From positions 160,001 through 224,000 of the forward strand of contig CAVSZB010000004.1 in assembly GCA_963732385.1 (NCBI GenBank): a DNA stretch of 64,000 bases, given 5' to 3'. Of the stretch, positions 19,853 to 30,890 are shown one piece after another; within the stretch, counting starts at the first letter, position 1; every line of letters starts with the position of its first letter. Under the pieces are notes generated by a model. It worked only from the letters and a program-made list of their open reading frames with translations. It had not been told where the DNA came from and ran no database searches. The translations under genes and the position numbers were made by a program. Origin of the DNA: an uncultured bacterium (GTDB lineage Bacteria > Krumholzibacteriota > Krumholzibacteriia > LZORAL124-64-63).

Positions 19853-21201
19853 CAGGGGCGCGCCGCCCAGGTGAACTGGTGCGGCCAGGCCGCGGTGTTG
19901 GACGGCACCGATGTGTGGCAGATGTTGCAGGCCGACGGCTGCGCGCCGGAGCCGCCGTGTTCTTCGCCGAAATCGCCCGCGCCGCCGCCGTGCGAGTTGT
20001 CGTGGCAGACCGCACAGGAACCGAGGCTCTTCGCACGCGACTGGTACTGGATCGACTGGTAGTTGTCGCTCGCCTCGCGGCTCGGCACCATCGCGTGAGG
20101 GCTGCCGTGGCAACCGGCGCAGTAGACGCCGCCGTGCCCTTTCGCGTTCCGGTACAGGACGGCGCCGGTATCGACCTCCTGCACGCCGCCGTGGCAGGTC
20201 ACACATTTTGGCTCGCTCACCCAGGGGACGCGTCCGCCTGTCGCGATGCTGGAGGCGACCTGCGCCAGGTCCCCGTGGCACGCCACGCAGTGCCCGTCAT
20301 CGGCCGTATGGGCCAGGCTGCGCGTGCACTTCGTCACCGCGCCGGGATGGCAGTCGTAGCAGGCGGCGCCCCGCGCGGCATGCGAGCCGTGGATCACGCG
20401 CGACAGGTAGTTTTCCGGGTCGTCCGGGGTGGCGCTGCCCAGGGCGGGGCTGGCGTGGCATGATGCGCACAGGATCGGTTTGTTATCGACGTGGCTGGTC
20501 CCGTGCAGGACGTCGTGCGCCAGCAGGATATTGTTGAACGGGCTCACGCCGCCGCCGCCGGTCAGGCTCACCGTACCGGTGCCGCCCTGCGCGTGGCACT
20601 TCGCGCAGTCGATCTCGTCGGAGGTGGGCACCGTGCAGCGGGTCTGCGCGATGACCTGTCCGGCGCTGCGGACGGTGATTTCGGCCACCTGGTAGGGGTT
20701 CCAGCTGTTGTCATCGAGCACCGGCACCAGCGGCACGCCGTCGACCGTGAAGTGGTCGCCGCGCAACGTCAGCGCGCCCGACAAGCCGTTGTGGACCGCC
20801 GGTTCCGCCAGGTTCAGCCCGGTGTCAACGGCGAGCGACACCCCGAAGAGCTGCTGCGCGTGCGTCCAGAACTGGGCGAAGATCCCGCCGTGGCTGTCCG
20901 TTTTTCCGGAGGAGGAGGTGTTGCCCACGATCCGGTATTCCACCGTCACTCCGCTCGTGACGACATGGGGCGGTGCGCCGCGCCGGATCACCTGGGCCCA
21001 GATCGTGTTGTACGGCGGCAGGATGACCGCTTCGTCGTAGGTCGGATTGAGGCAGTGCATGCCGAGGTCATTCCAGGCGATCACAATGGTCTCGCTCTGC
21101 TGGATGCCGACCGCGTTGACATCCTGGCTGCTGCAGCCGCTCAGCGCCCACGCCAGCAGGGGCAGCGCCCCCCACGTCAAACACGACAGTCTGTGCTTCA
21201 T
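19852..21201 (-). CDS. Octaheme c-type cytochrome lipoprotein
   Basis: Lipobox LSGC; N-terminal AWNDLGMHC domain; eight CxxCH motifs (CAKCH, CASCH, CYDCH, CVACH, CVTCH, CAGCH, CAVCH, CNICH). Confidence 0.9.
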   Translation of the reverse strand: MKHRLSCLTWGALPLLAWALSGCSSQDVNAVGIQQSETIVIAWNDLGMHCLNPTYDEAVILPPYNTIWAQVIRRGAPPHVVTSGVTVEYRIVGNTSSSGKTDSHGGIFAQFWTHAQQLFGVSLAVDTGLNLAEPAVHNGLSGALTLRGDHFTVDGVPLVPVLDDNSWNPYQVAEITVRSAGQVIAQTRCTVPTSDEIDCAKCHAQGGTGTVSLTGGGGVSPFNNILLAHDVLHGTSHVDNKPILCASCHASPALGSATPDDPENYLSRVIHGSHAARGAACYDCHPGAVTKCTRSLAHTADDGHCVACHGDLAQVASSIATGGRVPWVSEPKCVTCHGGVQEVDTGAVLYRNAKGHGGVYCAGCHGSPHAMVPSREASDNYQSIQYQSRAKSLGSCAVCHDNSHGGGAGDFGEEHGGSGAQPSACNICHTSVPSNTAAWPHQFTWAARP

Positions 21202-21263
21202 GATCGTGGATTCCTTTCCGGGCGAGGGCCCGACACCGAGGCGGCGGGGAGGAATACCTCGTG

Positions 21264-21292
21264 ACTGTACGCCTGCGCAATCGCAGAGTCAA
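21264..21292 (-). promoter_or_regulatory. Putative sigma70 promoter of the multiheme cytochrome gene
   Basis: Minus strand TTGACT (21292-21287), 17-nt spacer, TACAGT (21269-21264). Confidence 0.55.
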
Positions 21293-21521
21293 ATGACGTA
21301 ACGCCCATGTCGGGCGACGTTGAATGATATTTAAAGCACGCCCTTGCAATGGTTTGTCAAGGATGTATCACGTAGTGCATGAAGTCGCGATCGCAGTTGT
21401 CCACGCATTTGACGTCCCGCCTCTCGCCCTGAAGCGAGGCTGGCGCGACTCTGGCAGCACGGCTCCGTGACCCGGGCGGTCCTGCGCCGCCTTCCATCTC
21501 CTCCCGGATCGGAGTGGTTCC

Positions 21522-22169
21522 ATGTCGAAGCGCCATCGCGCCCCGTTCTCCGTCTGCCTGTTGTGTGCCGCCGCGCTCGGAGTGACTTCGTCATCCCCGG
21601 TCGCAGCGGCGGTCGTGCTGTCTGAAATCCTCGGCGACCCGGCCCGCGACTGGAACGGCAGCGGTGCCGTCGACAGCCGTGACGACGAATGGGTCGAAGT
21701 GCTCAACACCGGTCCCGACCCGGTCGATCTCGCGGAATACTATCTGCGCGATGCGCTGGGGACCGAGCCGCATCTGCGTCTGTCCGGCCTGCTGGCGGCG
21801 GGGGAGGTGCGCGTCTTCCACGGCAGCGACGCGGTAGCCTGGCAGACGGCGCAGGAACTGACTCTCACCGGGCTCTCGCTCAACAACGCCGGCGACACCG
21901 TCGAATTGCACCGCGGCGTTCCGGGCGAGCCCGGTTCGCAACTGGTCGACGTCTACATCTATCGCGACCATGAGGCGGAGGACGATCGTTCGAGCGCCCG
22001 TCAGGCGGATGGCACCTGGATCCTGTTCGACTACTACCTGCCGTACACCGGCGCGCTGACACCGGGCGGCAGTGGCTGCGCCCCTTCGCCCGGCGCCGTG
22101 AACGTCTGCGAAGGCAATGTCGCCGACGAGCGGTCGAGCTGGGGGGGGCTCAAGAGCGACTACCGCTGA
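21522..22169 (+). CDS. Secreted lamin-tail-domain (LTD) protein with C-terminal SWGxLKSxY tail
   Basis: Signal peptide; VVLSEILGDP, DEWVEVLNTG..VDL..YYLRD, LNNAGDTVEL and SPG..N are LTD hallmarks; ends VADERSSWGGLKSDYR. Confidence 0.8.
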   Translation: MSKRHRAPFSVCLLCAAALGVTSSSPVAAAVVLSEILGDPARDWNGSGAVDSRDDEWVEVLNTGPDPVDLAEYYLRDALGTEPHLRLSGLLAAGEVRVFHGSDAVAWQTAQELTLTGLSLNNAGDTVELHRGVPGEPGSQLVDVYIYRDHEAEDDRSSARQADGTWILFDYYLPYTGALTPGGSGCAPSPGAVNVCEGNVADERSSWGGLKSDYR

Positions 22170-22331
22170 TATTTCTGCGGTCGGTGCCGTCGCGCCGCCC
22201 GGCACCGTGCCAGCGCGCCGCCGGCGTCTGGGACCCCGCTACCCGGACGCCGGCTGCCGCGCGACTTCCGCAAAGGCGGTGCCGGTGTTATCGTTTCCCC
22301 GGCGCCGGTGCCGCCGGCGCGGGGAGGCCGC

Positions 22332-23348
22332 GTGACGCAAGCGTCGTATGACCCCGAAGCCCTCGTCGCGCGGCTCTGCGCGGGCGACAACCTGGCCTGC
22401 GCGCGCGCGATCACCTACGTCGAAGCGCTCGACGCACGGTCTGACGCGCTGCTGGCGCTCCTGTTCCCGCGGCTGGGCCGGGCCTGGCGCGTGGGTGTGG
22501 CCGGTCCGCCCGGGGCCGGCAAGAGCACACTGGCGCTGCGCCTGGCGCGGATCTGGAGGGATCGCGGCTGGCGGGTCGGTGTCATCGCTGTCGATCCCAC
22601 CTCGCCGCTTACGGGGGGCGCGCTGCTGGGCGACCGCATCCGGCTGCGGGATGTCGCCACCGACCCCGGCGTTTTCATTCGCTCTTTGGCGACCCGCGGT
22701 TCGCTCGGCGGCCTGAGCCTGGCGACCGGACGGGTCGCCGACGTACTCGATGCCTGGGGCGCCGACGTTGTCCTGATCGAGACGGTCGGCATGGGTCAGG
22801 TAGGGGGAGATGTGCGGCTGGAGGCCGACACCACCGCTGTCGTCATGGTGCCGGAGTCGGGTGACGGGGTCCAGACCATGAAGGCCGGGATCCTGGAGCT
22901 GGCCGACGTGCTGGTGGTCAACAAGGCGGACCGTCCCGGAGCCGCGGACATGCTGAGGCAACTCGCCGCGCGCGGCGGTCGCGCCCCCGGACTGCCCGGG
23001 CACGGCCTGGTGGAGGCCGGAGGCGCTGCCGCGTGGGACCCTCCCGTCATCGGCACCTGCGCCGCCGACGGGGCCGGAACTGTGGAGTTGGCCGCGGCCC
23101 TCGATCGTCACCGCGCCGTGGTCGCGGCGGCGGGCACGCGGGCGCGAGACGACGATGCGTTCTGGCGCGAGAGGTTCGCCCGTCTGGCGGAAACGGCCAT
23201 CGTGCGGGAGTTGCGTGGCGCGCTCGCGGCCGAACCGGCGTTGGCGCCGCGTCTGGCGGCCGTACGGCGTGGCGAAACGCCCTTCGGGGCGCTGCTGGCC
23301 GAGGTCCTTGACCGGTTCCGGGGGCGTCCGACCGGTCATTCCGGATGA
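22332..23348 (+). CDS. meaB: Methylmalonyl-CoA mutase-associated GTPase MeaB/ArgK
   Basis: GPPGAGKST, AVDPTSP..GGALLGDRIR, IETVG.GQ and NKAD. Confidence 0.93.
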   Translation: MTQASYDPEALVARLCAGDNLACARAITYVEALDARSDALLALLFPRLGRAWRVGVAGPPGAGKSTLALRLARIWRDRGWRVGVIAVDPTSPLTGGALLGDRIRLRDVATDPGVFIRSLATRGSLGGLSLATGRVADVLDAWGADVVLIETVGMGQVGGDVRLEADTTAVVMVPESGDGVQTMKAGILELADVLVVNKADRPGAADMLRQLAARGGRAPGLPGHGLVEAGGAAAWDPPVIGTCAADGAGTVELAAALDRHRAVVAAAGTRARDDDAFWRERFARLAETAIVRELRGALAAEPALAPRLAAVRRGETPFGALLAEVLDRFRGRPTGHSG

Positions 23349-23440
23349 AAAGTCTGTGCATGCAGGATTTGTTCGGTTAACCTGCTTCCGCTTCGCGCCG
23401 GCCTGGCGCGCGTGGCGGGACGAGCGTGGGAGGCTCGAGG

Positions 23441-23869
23441 ATGTCCGTCAAGCGCGTGCTGGTCGCCAAGCCTGGTCTGGATGGCCACGACCGGGGGGCC
23501 AAGGTGGTAGCCAACGCCCTGCGCGACGCCGGCATGGAAGTGATCTACACCGGGCTGCATCAGACGCCGGAGATGATCGTCCAGGCCGCGCTGCAGGAAG
23601 ACGTCGATGTGATCGCGCTGAGCGTCCTGTCGGGAGCCCACATGACGGTGTTCCCGCGGGTGATGCAGCTGTTGCGTGACGGTGGCGGCGACCAGATCGC
23701 CGTCACTGGCGGCGGGATCATTCCCGAGGCGGACCGACAGGCCCTGCAGACCCTGGGTGTGGGGCGCCTGTTCGGCCCCGGCAGCACCATGGCCGAGATT
23801 GTCGCCTACATCCGCGCCCTGCCGGGCCGCCCGGCCGACGGGCAGGGAGTTGACGGACCCGCGGGCTGA
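23441..23869 (+). CDS. Cobalamin-binding small subunit of acyl-CoA (methylmalonyl-CoA) mutase
   Basis: [13 protein letters not shown] (DxHxxG), SVLSGAH and GGGIIP. Confidence 0.93.
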   Translation: MSVKRVLVAKPGLDGHDRGAKVVANALRDAGMEVIYTGLHQTPEMIVQAALQEDVDVIALSVLSGAHMTVFPRVMQLLRDGGGDQIAVTGGGIIPEADRQALQTLGVGRLFGPGSTMAEIVAYIRALPGRPADGQGVDGPAG

Positions 23870-23956
23870 CCGGTCTCCCCTCGGTCGACGCTCGCGAAGC
23901 GCGCCGCCCCGTCGGGCGGCGTGGCGCGGGTCCGCCGTTCGCGCCGAGGAGGATCG

Positions 23957-25099
23957 ATGGGGTTCACCGAAAACCAGAAGATGATCCGCGACCTTGCCCG
24001 CAGTTTCGCGCAGGACAAGGTCCGGCCGATCGCCGCCGCCTGCGACGAGAGCGGCGATTTTCCCGTGGCCACCGTGCGGGAGATGGGCGAACTCGGACTG
24101 CTCGGCCTGACCGTGCCCGAGGAGTTCGGCGGGGTCGGCGCCGACACGCTTTCCTACGCGCTGGTGGTGGAGGAGCTGGCGAAGGTCTGCGGCAGTCACG
24201 CCCTGATCTGCGCCGCGCATAACAGTCTCGGCTGCGGGCCGATCGTCAACTTCGGCTCGTCCGACCAGAAAGACCGCTGGTTGCCGGGGGCCGCCCGCGG
24301 CGAATACCTGCTCGCCTTCGGCCTGACCGAGGCGGGCGCCGGCAGCGACGCCGGCGGCACCCGCACGACCGCCGTGCGCGACGGCGATGGCTGGCTCGTC
24401 AACGGCAGCAAGATGTGGATCACCAACGCGCACCAGGCGGGCGCGGTGATCATCACGGCGGTGACCGGCCAGGCGGGCGGCGCCGGCCACGGCATCAGCG
24501 CCTTCATCGTCCCGACCGGGACCGCCGGTTTCACGGTCGAGCGCAAGGAGGACAAGCTCGGGGTGCGCGCCTCCGACACCTCTCCGCTGACCCTCGTGGA
24601 TGTTCGCCTGCCGGCGGACGCCCTGCTCGGCGCCGAGGGGCAGGGATTCCGGGCCTTCATGCAGATTCTCGACGGCGGGCGGATCTCGATCGCCGCCATG
24701 GCGCTCGGCCTGGCGGTCGGCGCCTTCGAGGCGGCGCGGTCCTACGCGAAGACCAGGGTGCAGTTCGGACGACCGATCGCCGCCAACCAGGCCGTGCAGT
24801 TCATGCTCGCCGACATGGCGACCCGCATCGAGGCTTCCCGCCTGCTCACCTGGGAGGCGGCCCGGCTTAAGGATGCCGGTCGGACGCACGGACGCGAGGC
24901 CGGCATGGCGAAGCTGTACGCCAGCGAAACCGCAATGTTCGTCACCGACCGGGCCATCCAGATCCTGGGGGGCTACGGCTTCACCAGGGACTACCCGGTG
25001 GAGCGGTTCTACCGCGACGCGAAACTCTGCACGATCGGCGAGGGGACGAGCGAGATCCAGCGTCTCGTCATCGCCCGAGCCCTGCTCGAGGACGACTGA
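23957..25099 (+). CDS. Acyl-CoA dehydrogenase (short/branched-chain type)
   Basis: [32 protein letters not shown] and [10 protein letters not shown]. Confidence 0.95.
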   Translation: MGFTENQKMIRDLARSFAQDKVRPIAAACDESGDFPVATVREMGELGLLGLTVPEEFGGVGADTLSYALVVEELAKVCGSHALICAAHNSLGCGPIVNFGSSDQKDRWLPGAARGEYLLAFGLTEAGAGSDAGGTRTTAVRDGDGWLVNGSKMWITNAHQAGAVIITAVTGQAGGAGHGISAFIVPTGTAGFTVERKEDKLGVRASDTSPLTLVDVRLPADALLGAEGQGFRAFMQILDGGRISIAAMALGLAVGAFEAARSYAKTRVQFGRPIAANQAVQFMLADMATRIEASRLLTWEAARLKDAGRTHGREAGMAKLYASETAMFVTDRAIQILGGYGFTRDYPVERFYRDAKLCTIGEGTSEIQRLVIARALLEDD

Positions 25100-25114
25100 G
25101 AAGGAGGACCCGTC

Positions 25115-26302
25115 GTGAGCGACAAGCCGGTCATCGTTGAAGCCCTGCGCACCCCGATCGGCCGCTTCCAGGGCGGCCTTGCCGATCTGCCGGCGCCGCG
25201 CCTGGGCGCGGTTGCCGTGCGCGCCGTGCTCGAGCGCTGTGGTCTCGATCCCGAACTGATCGACGAGGTCATCATGGGGAACGTCGTGCAGGCGGGGCTC
25301 GGCCAGAACCCCGCGCGGCAGGCGGCCATCCACGGCGGCGTGCCGCCGAGCGTCAGCGCCCTGACCATCAACAAGGTCTGCGGCTCGGGGCTCAAAGCGG
25401 TGGCGCTGGCGGCGCAGGCTATCCGCGCCGGCGACGCGAGCTGCGTCTTGGCGGGGGGCATGGAGAACATGAGCCGCATCCCGTACGCGTTGCTGGGCGC
25501 GCGCGACGGACTGCGTCTCGGCCACGGGCAGGTCACCGATCTGCTGGTTCACGACGGCCTGTGGGACGTGTACAACGACTACCACATGGGGATGACCGCG
25601 GAGCTGGTCGTCGAGAAGTACGGGATCACGCGCGAGGAGCAGGACGCTTTTGCGGCCGAATCGCAGCGGCGCGCCGTGGCCGCGCGCGACGCCGGCGAAT
25701 TCGCGCGTGAAATCGTCCCGGTCGAGGTGCCGCAGCGCAAGGGCGATCCGGTGAAGGTGACGCAGGACGAGGGTCCACGCGCTGAAAACACTGTGGCGGC
25801 GCTGGCGAAACTCAAGCCGGCGTTCAAGCGCGACGGCGGCACGGTCACGGCCGGCAACGCCTCCACCATCAACGACGGCGCGGCGGCGCTGCTGGTCTGC
25901 GGTCAGTCGTTCGCGCGGTCGCACGGCCTGAAGGTGCGCGCCGTGATCGAGGGTTACGCCACCGGCGGCGTGGAACCGCAGTGGGTGATGATGGCGCCGG
26001 TGCGCGCGCTGCGGAACCTGCTCGGACGCGTGGGGCGTCCGCTGGCCGATTTCGGCCTGTTCGAATTGAATGAGGCGTTCGCGGCGCAGGCGGTGGCCGT
26101 CTCGCGGGAGGCGGGACTCGATCCCGCGCTGGTCAATGTGCGCGGCGGTTCGATCGCTCTCGGGCATCCGATCGGCGCTTCCGGCGCGCGCATCCTGGTC
26201 ACGCTGCTGCACGCCATGGAGGACCGGGACGTCAAGCGCGGCATCGCCGCGCTCTGTCTCGGCGGTGGCGATGCGGTCGCCCTGGCGATCGCACGTCCGT
26301 GA
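25115..26302 (+). CDS. Acetyl-CoA C-acetyltransferase (thiolase)
   Basis: [19 protein letters not shown] and CLGGG. Confidence 0.95.
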   Translation: MSDKPVIVEALRTPIGRFQGGLADLPAPRLGAVAVRAVLERCGLDPELIDEVIMGNVVQAGLGQNPARQAAIHGGVPPSVSALTINKVCGSGLKAVALAAQAIRAGDASCVLAGGMENMSRIPYALLGARDGLRLGHGQVTDLLVHDGLWDVYNDYHMGMTAELVVEKYGITREEQDAFAAESQRRAVAARDAGEFAREIVPVEVPQRKGDPVKVTQDEGPRAENTVAALAKLKPAFKRDGGTVTAGNASTINDGAAALLVCGQSFARSHGLKVRAVIEGYATGGVEPQWVMMAPVRALRNLLGRVGRPLADFGLFELNEAFAAQAVAVSREAGLDPALVNVRGGSIALGHPIGASGARILVTLLHAMEDRDVKRGIAALCLGGGDAVALAIARP

Positions 26303-26342
26303 CCGCGCGCATCGACAGTCACCACAACGCGAAGGGAAGGGC

Positions 26343-27185
<843 letters not shown>

Positions 27186-27200
27186 CGCGGGGAGAGGGCC

Positions 27201-28340
27201 GTGGATTTCAGCCTGACCGAACAGCAACGGACGATCAAGCAGCTGGCCGCCGATTTCGCCGCCCGCGAGGTGGCGCCGATCGCCGCCGCGATCGACCGCG
27301 AGGAGCGCTTCCCCACGGCGGTGGTGAAACGGCTCGGCGAGCTCGGCTTCATGGGGATGAACGTGGCGCCCGAGTACGGCGGCGCCGGGCTCGACACGAT
27401 CAGCTACGTGGTCGCGATGGAGGAGGTCTCGAAGGCCTGCGCCAGCACCGGCGTGATCATGTCGGTGAACAACAGCCTGGTCTGCTGGCCGCTGGAAACG
27501 TACGGGGACGAGGCGCAGAAACGCGACTTCCTCGCGCCGCTGGCGAAGGGGGAGAAGCTCGGCGCCTTCTGCCTGAGCGAGCCCAACGCCGGCACCGACG
27601 CCGCCAACCAGCAGACCCGCGCCGTGCGCGACGGCGACGAATGGGTGCTCAACGGGATGAAGAACTTCATCACCAACGGCGCCCACGCCGACCTGCTGAT
27701 CGTGTTCGCGATGGCCGAGCCGGACCAGAAGCACAAGGGGATCAACGCCTTCATCGTCGAGACCGACCGCCCCGGATTCGCGGTGATCGCGAAGGAGAAG
27801 AAGCTGGGCATTCGCGCCTCGGACACCGCTCAACTCGCCTTCGACAACGTGCGGATCCCCGCCGGCCATCTGCTCGCCCGGCCTGGCGACGGCTTCCGTA
27901 TCGCCATGTCGACGCTCGACGGCGGACGCATCGGGATCGCTGCGCAGGCGCTTGGCATCGCGCAGGCCGCCTACGAGGCCGCGCGCGCCTACGCCCGCCA
28001 GAGGGAGCAGTTCGGCCGCCCGATCGCCGGTTTCCAGGCCATCCAGTGGAAAATCGCCGACATGTGGATGCGGCTGGAGTCGGCGCGCCTGCTCACCTAC
28101 CGCGCGGCCTGGCTGAAGGACCAGAAGGTGCGGCACACGGAGGAATCGGCCATGGCCAAGCTCGCGGCCAGCGAGGCGGCCGGCTTCATCGTGAACGAGG
28201 CGGTGCAGATCTTCGGCGGCAACGGCTACAGTAAGGAGTTCCCGGTCGAGCGTCACTTCCGCGACGCGAAGATCACCGAGATCTATGAAGGCACGAGCGA
28301 GGCGCAGCGCCTGGTGATCGCCGCGTCCCAGTTGAAGTAG
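27201..28340 (+). CDS. Acyl-CoA dehydrogenase (butyryl/short-chain type)
   Basis: FCLSEPNAGTD, KNFITNG and EIYEGTSE. Confidence 0.95.
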   Translation: MDFSLTEQQRTIKQLAADFAAREVAPIAAAIDREERFPTAVVKRLGELGFMGMNVAPEYGGAGLDTISYVVAMEEVSKACASTGVIMSVNNSLVCWPLETYGDEAQKRDFLAPLAKGEKLGAFCLSEPNAGTDAANQQTRAVRDGDEWVLNGMKNFITNGAHADLLIVFAMAEPDQKHKGINAFIVETDRPGFAVIAKEKKLGIRASDTAQLAFDNVRIPAGHLLARPGDGFRIAMSTLDGGRIGIAAQALGIAQAAYEAARAYARQREQFGRPIAGFQAIQWKIADMWMRLESARLLTYRAAWLKDQKVRHTEESAMAKLAASEAAGFIVNEAVQIFGGNGYSKEFPVERHFRDAKITEIYEGTSEAQRLVIAASQLK

Positions 28341-28348
28341 GCGGCGCG

Positions 28349-29491
28349 ATGGACTTCGCATTCACCGAGAACCAGCTCATGATGCGCGACATGGTGCGCG
28401 ATTTCGCGCGCCGCGAGATCGCTCCGCTGGCGCGCGAGATGGACGAGCGCCAGGAGATCCCCGACGCGCTCCTGGCGAAAATGCGCGAGCACGGCTTCTT
28501 CGGCCTCTCCTTCCCCGAAGCCTACGGCGGGCTGGCTGTGGACACGGTCACCTACGCCCTGATTATCGAAGAACTCAGCCGCGCCAGCGCCGGCGTGGCG
28601 ATCATGGTGACGGTGCACAACAGCGTCGGTTCCTACCCGCTGGCGATGTTCGGCAGCGAGGAGATCAAGCAGCGTTTCCTGCCGCGCATGGCGGCGGGTG
28701 AGATCGCGGCGTTCTGCGTCACCGAGCCGGGCGCCGGCAGCGATGCCGCGGCGTTGGCGAGCACGGCCCGCCGCGAAGGCGATACGTACGTGCTCAACGG
28801 CAGCAAGCTGTTCGTGACCAACGGCGCGAAGGCCGCCTTCTACGTGATCCTCGCCCGCAGCCCCGGCAGCAGCGGACACCAGGAGGTGCACGCGTTCCTG
28901 GTGGAGCGGGGGACCCCGGGCCTGACGATCGCCAAGAAGGAAGACAAGATGGGCCTGCGGGCCTCCGACACCGTCGCTCTCGACCTGACCGATGCGCGCG
29001 TGCCGGCTTCCCAGCTGCTCGGGCGCGAAGGGGACGGATTCCGGATCGCCATGTCGGCGCTCGACGGGGGGCGCATCGGCGTGGCGTTCCAGGCGCTGGG
29101 CATCGGCCTGGCCTGTCTCGATGAGGCGATCGGCTACGCGAAGGTCCGGGAGCAGTTCGGGCGTCCCCTGGCAGACCAGCCGTCCGTGCGCAATCTGCTG
29201 GCCGACATGGCGACCGAACTGCAGGCGGGCCGCCTGCTCGGCTTTCACGCTGCCTGGCTGAAGGACCATGGCCGGTCGTGCACCAAAGAGGCGGCCATGG
29301 CGAAGCTGTACGGCACCGAGGCCGCCTGCCGGGCGGCCGACGCGGCTCTGCAGATCCACGGCGGCTACGGCTACGTCAAGGATTACGCGGTCGAGCGCTA
29401 TTATCGCGATGTCCGCGTTACCCGCATCTACGAGGGCACGAGCGAAATCCAGCGTCTCGTCATCGCCCGGCGGCTGCTGGCCGAGAGTTGA
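28349..29491 (+). CDS. Acyl-CoA dehydrogenase (short/branched-chain type)
   Basis: FCVTEPGAGSDA, IHGGYGY and [11 protein letters not shown]. Confidence 0.95.
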   Translation: MDFAFTENQLMMRDMVRDFARREIAPLAREMDERQEIPDALLAKMREHGFFGLSFPEAYGGLAVDTVTYALIIEELSRASAGVAIMVTVHNSVGSYPLAMFGSEEIKQRFLPRMAAGEIAAFCVTEPGAGSDAAALASTARREGDTYVLNGSKLFVTNGAKAAFYVILARSPGSSGHQEVHAFLVERGTPGLTIAKKEDKMGLRASDTVALDLTDARVPASQLLGREGDGFRIAMSALDGGRIGVAFQALGIGLACLDEAIGYAKVREQFGRPLADQPSVRNLLADMATELQAGRLLGFHAAWLKDHGRSCTKEAAMAKLYGTEAACRAADAALQIHGGYGYVKDYAVERYYRDVRVTRIYEGTSEIQRLVIARRLLAES

Positions 29492-29558
29492 TTTGCGCGG
29501 ATGGCCGCTCTCCCCCCGCGGGAAGCCGGTCCCTGACCCCGGCAACACTCCATCATCA

Positions 29559-29969
29559 TCAGCGGCAGTGGAGAATCTGGTAGCCCCAGGCGGCCGTCAG
29601 CGCGACCGCGGCACCGAGGCGCCAGAAGCGCCGCTCCGCGGGCCCGAATTCCACCGTGGCGCGCAACCGCGGCGCCGCTGTCGCTGCCGCGCCCCAGGCG
29701 CCCCACAGTCCCAGGGCCAGCGCCCCCACTGTTACCAGCGGGTTCGCCTGCAGTGCGGCGCCCGGATCCAGGCGCGCCAGGGCGAGCGCCGCGCGTGTGC
29801 CGCCGCAGGTCGGGCAGGGAAGGCCGGTGAACTCGAACAGGGGGCAGCGTGCGGCGCGCGCGATCCCATCGCCCCACCAGCGCAGGGCGGCCCAGCCCAG
29901 CGCGGCGATCGCGAGATAGACGAGCGCCAGCAGGCGCGGCAGGGGGTCGGTTTCCGGGCGGAGGTGCAT
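29559..29969 (-). CDS. DUF2752-family membrane protein
   Basis: CPLFEFTGLPCPTCGGTRA and ANPL motifs with transmembrane segments. Confidence 0.8.
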   Translation of the reverse strand: MHLRPETDPLPRLLALVYLAIAALGWAALRWWGDGIARAARCPLFEFTGLPCPTCGGTRAALALARLDPGAALQANPLVTVGALALGLWGAWGAAATAAPRLRATVEFGPAERRFWRLGAAVALTAAWGYQILHCR

Positions 29970-29977
29970 GGCCGGCG

Positions 29978-30640
29978 TCAGTGGAGCAGGCCCTTGGTGA
30001 TACCCAGCAGGGCGAGTCCTCCGCAACTCGCCAGGCAGATGATCATCGGCAGGGTGACGGCCAGCACCGCGCTCCCCGTCGTCGCGCCATGCAACCGGCG
30101 CAGGCCGATGATGGTCACCACTGCCCCCCAGAACAGGGCCACGGTATTACCGCAAAAAGGCACGGCGGCCAGGATCCAGACCGCCTGGGCGTACGCTACG
30201 GCGCGGAAGGTCGCTTCGAACCCGCGGTGCGTTCCGGCCACGAGGAGCAGGCAGAGGTGGACAATCCCGGCCTGCACGAAGACGGTCACGAACGCGATGC
30301 CGGGGCTCATTATGAAAAAGAATCCGGAGGAGAGCTGCCCCCGCAGGAGGCGCGCCACATCCTCCTCGATCAGGATGCGCAGCGAGGAGGCGGCCAGGGT
30401 CCACATCCAGTCGAGAAAGGCGCTCAGTGTCCCCACCACGAGCGCGAACAGCAGGGGCTGCCACAGCCCGCCGCGCACCGGCACCCGCGCGAAAAAGCGC
30501 TCCGGAGCGCCCAGAACGTCGCGGGTCGTGAGGTAAAGGGCGTTCAGAAAACCGTAGCGCCAGCGCTCTTCCCACGGCGGCAGTGCCGGGGCGGGCCCCG
30601 GCGGCGGTGCGGATGCGTACTGTTCGCCGTCGATCTGCAC
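29978..30640 (-). CDS. YIP1-family membrane protein
   Basis: GGAGG SD before GTG at 30640; PPWE, P.RFF and FEATFRAVAYA; about five hydrophobic segments. Confidence 0.75.
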   Translation of the reverse strand: MQIDGEQYASAPPPGPAPALPPWEERWRYGFLNALYLTTRDVLGAPERFFARVPVRGGLWQPLLFALVVGTLSAFLDWMWTLAASSLRILIEEDVARLLRGQLSSGFFFIMSPGIAFVTVFVQAGIVHLCLLLVAGTHRGFEATFRAVAYAQAVWILAAVPFCGNTVALFWGAVVTIIGLRRLHGATTGSAVLAVTLPMIICLASCGGLALLGITKGLLH

Positions 30641-30890
30641 GTGGCCTCCCGCGGCCGGACAACGCCCCCGAAATAGCTGCGCGTAAGGATGACTACGCAG
30701 GTCCGCTGTTACGGTTGCCGAGCTTCGCACACGGCGCGACGGCCTGCAAGCGGTGCGTCGTGCCGGCCGGTGCCGCGTCTCCACATCTCTCTCCACATCC
30801 TCTCTTCCCCTGCACCGCGACGGTGGTAAGATCGCCGGTGTGGCCGGACATGTCGTGACGGTCTGCAATAACGGCGGAGGGAACGTCGCA

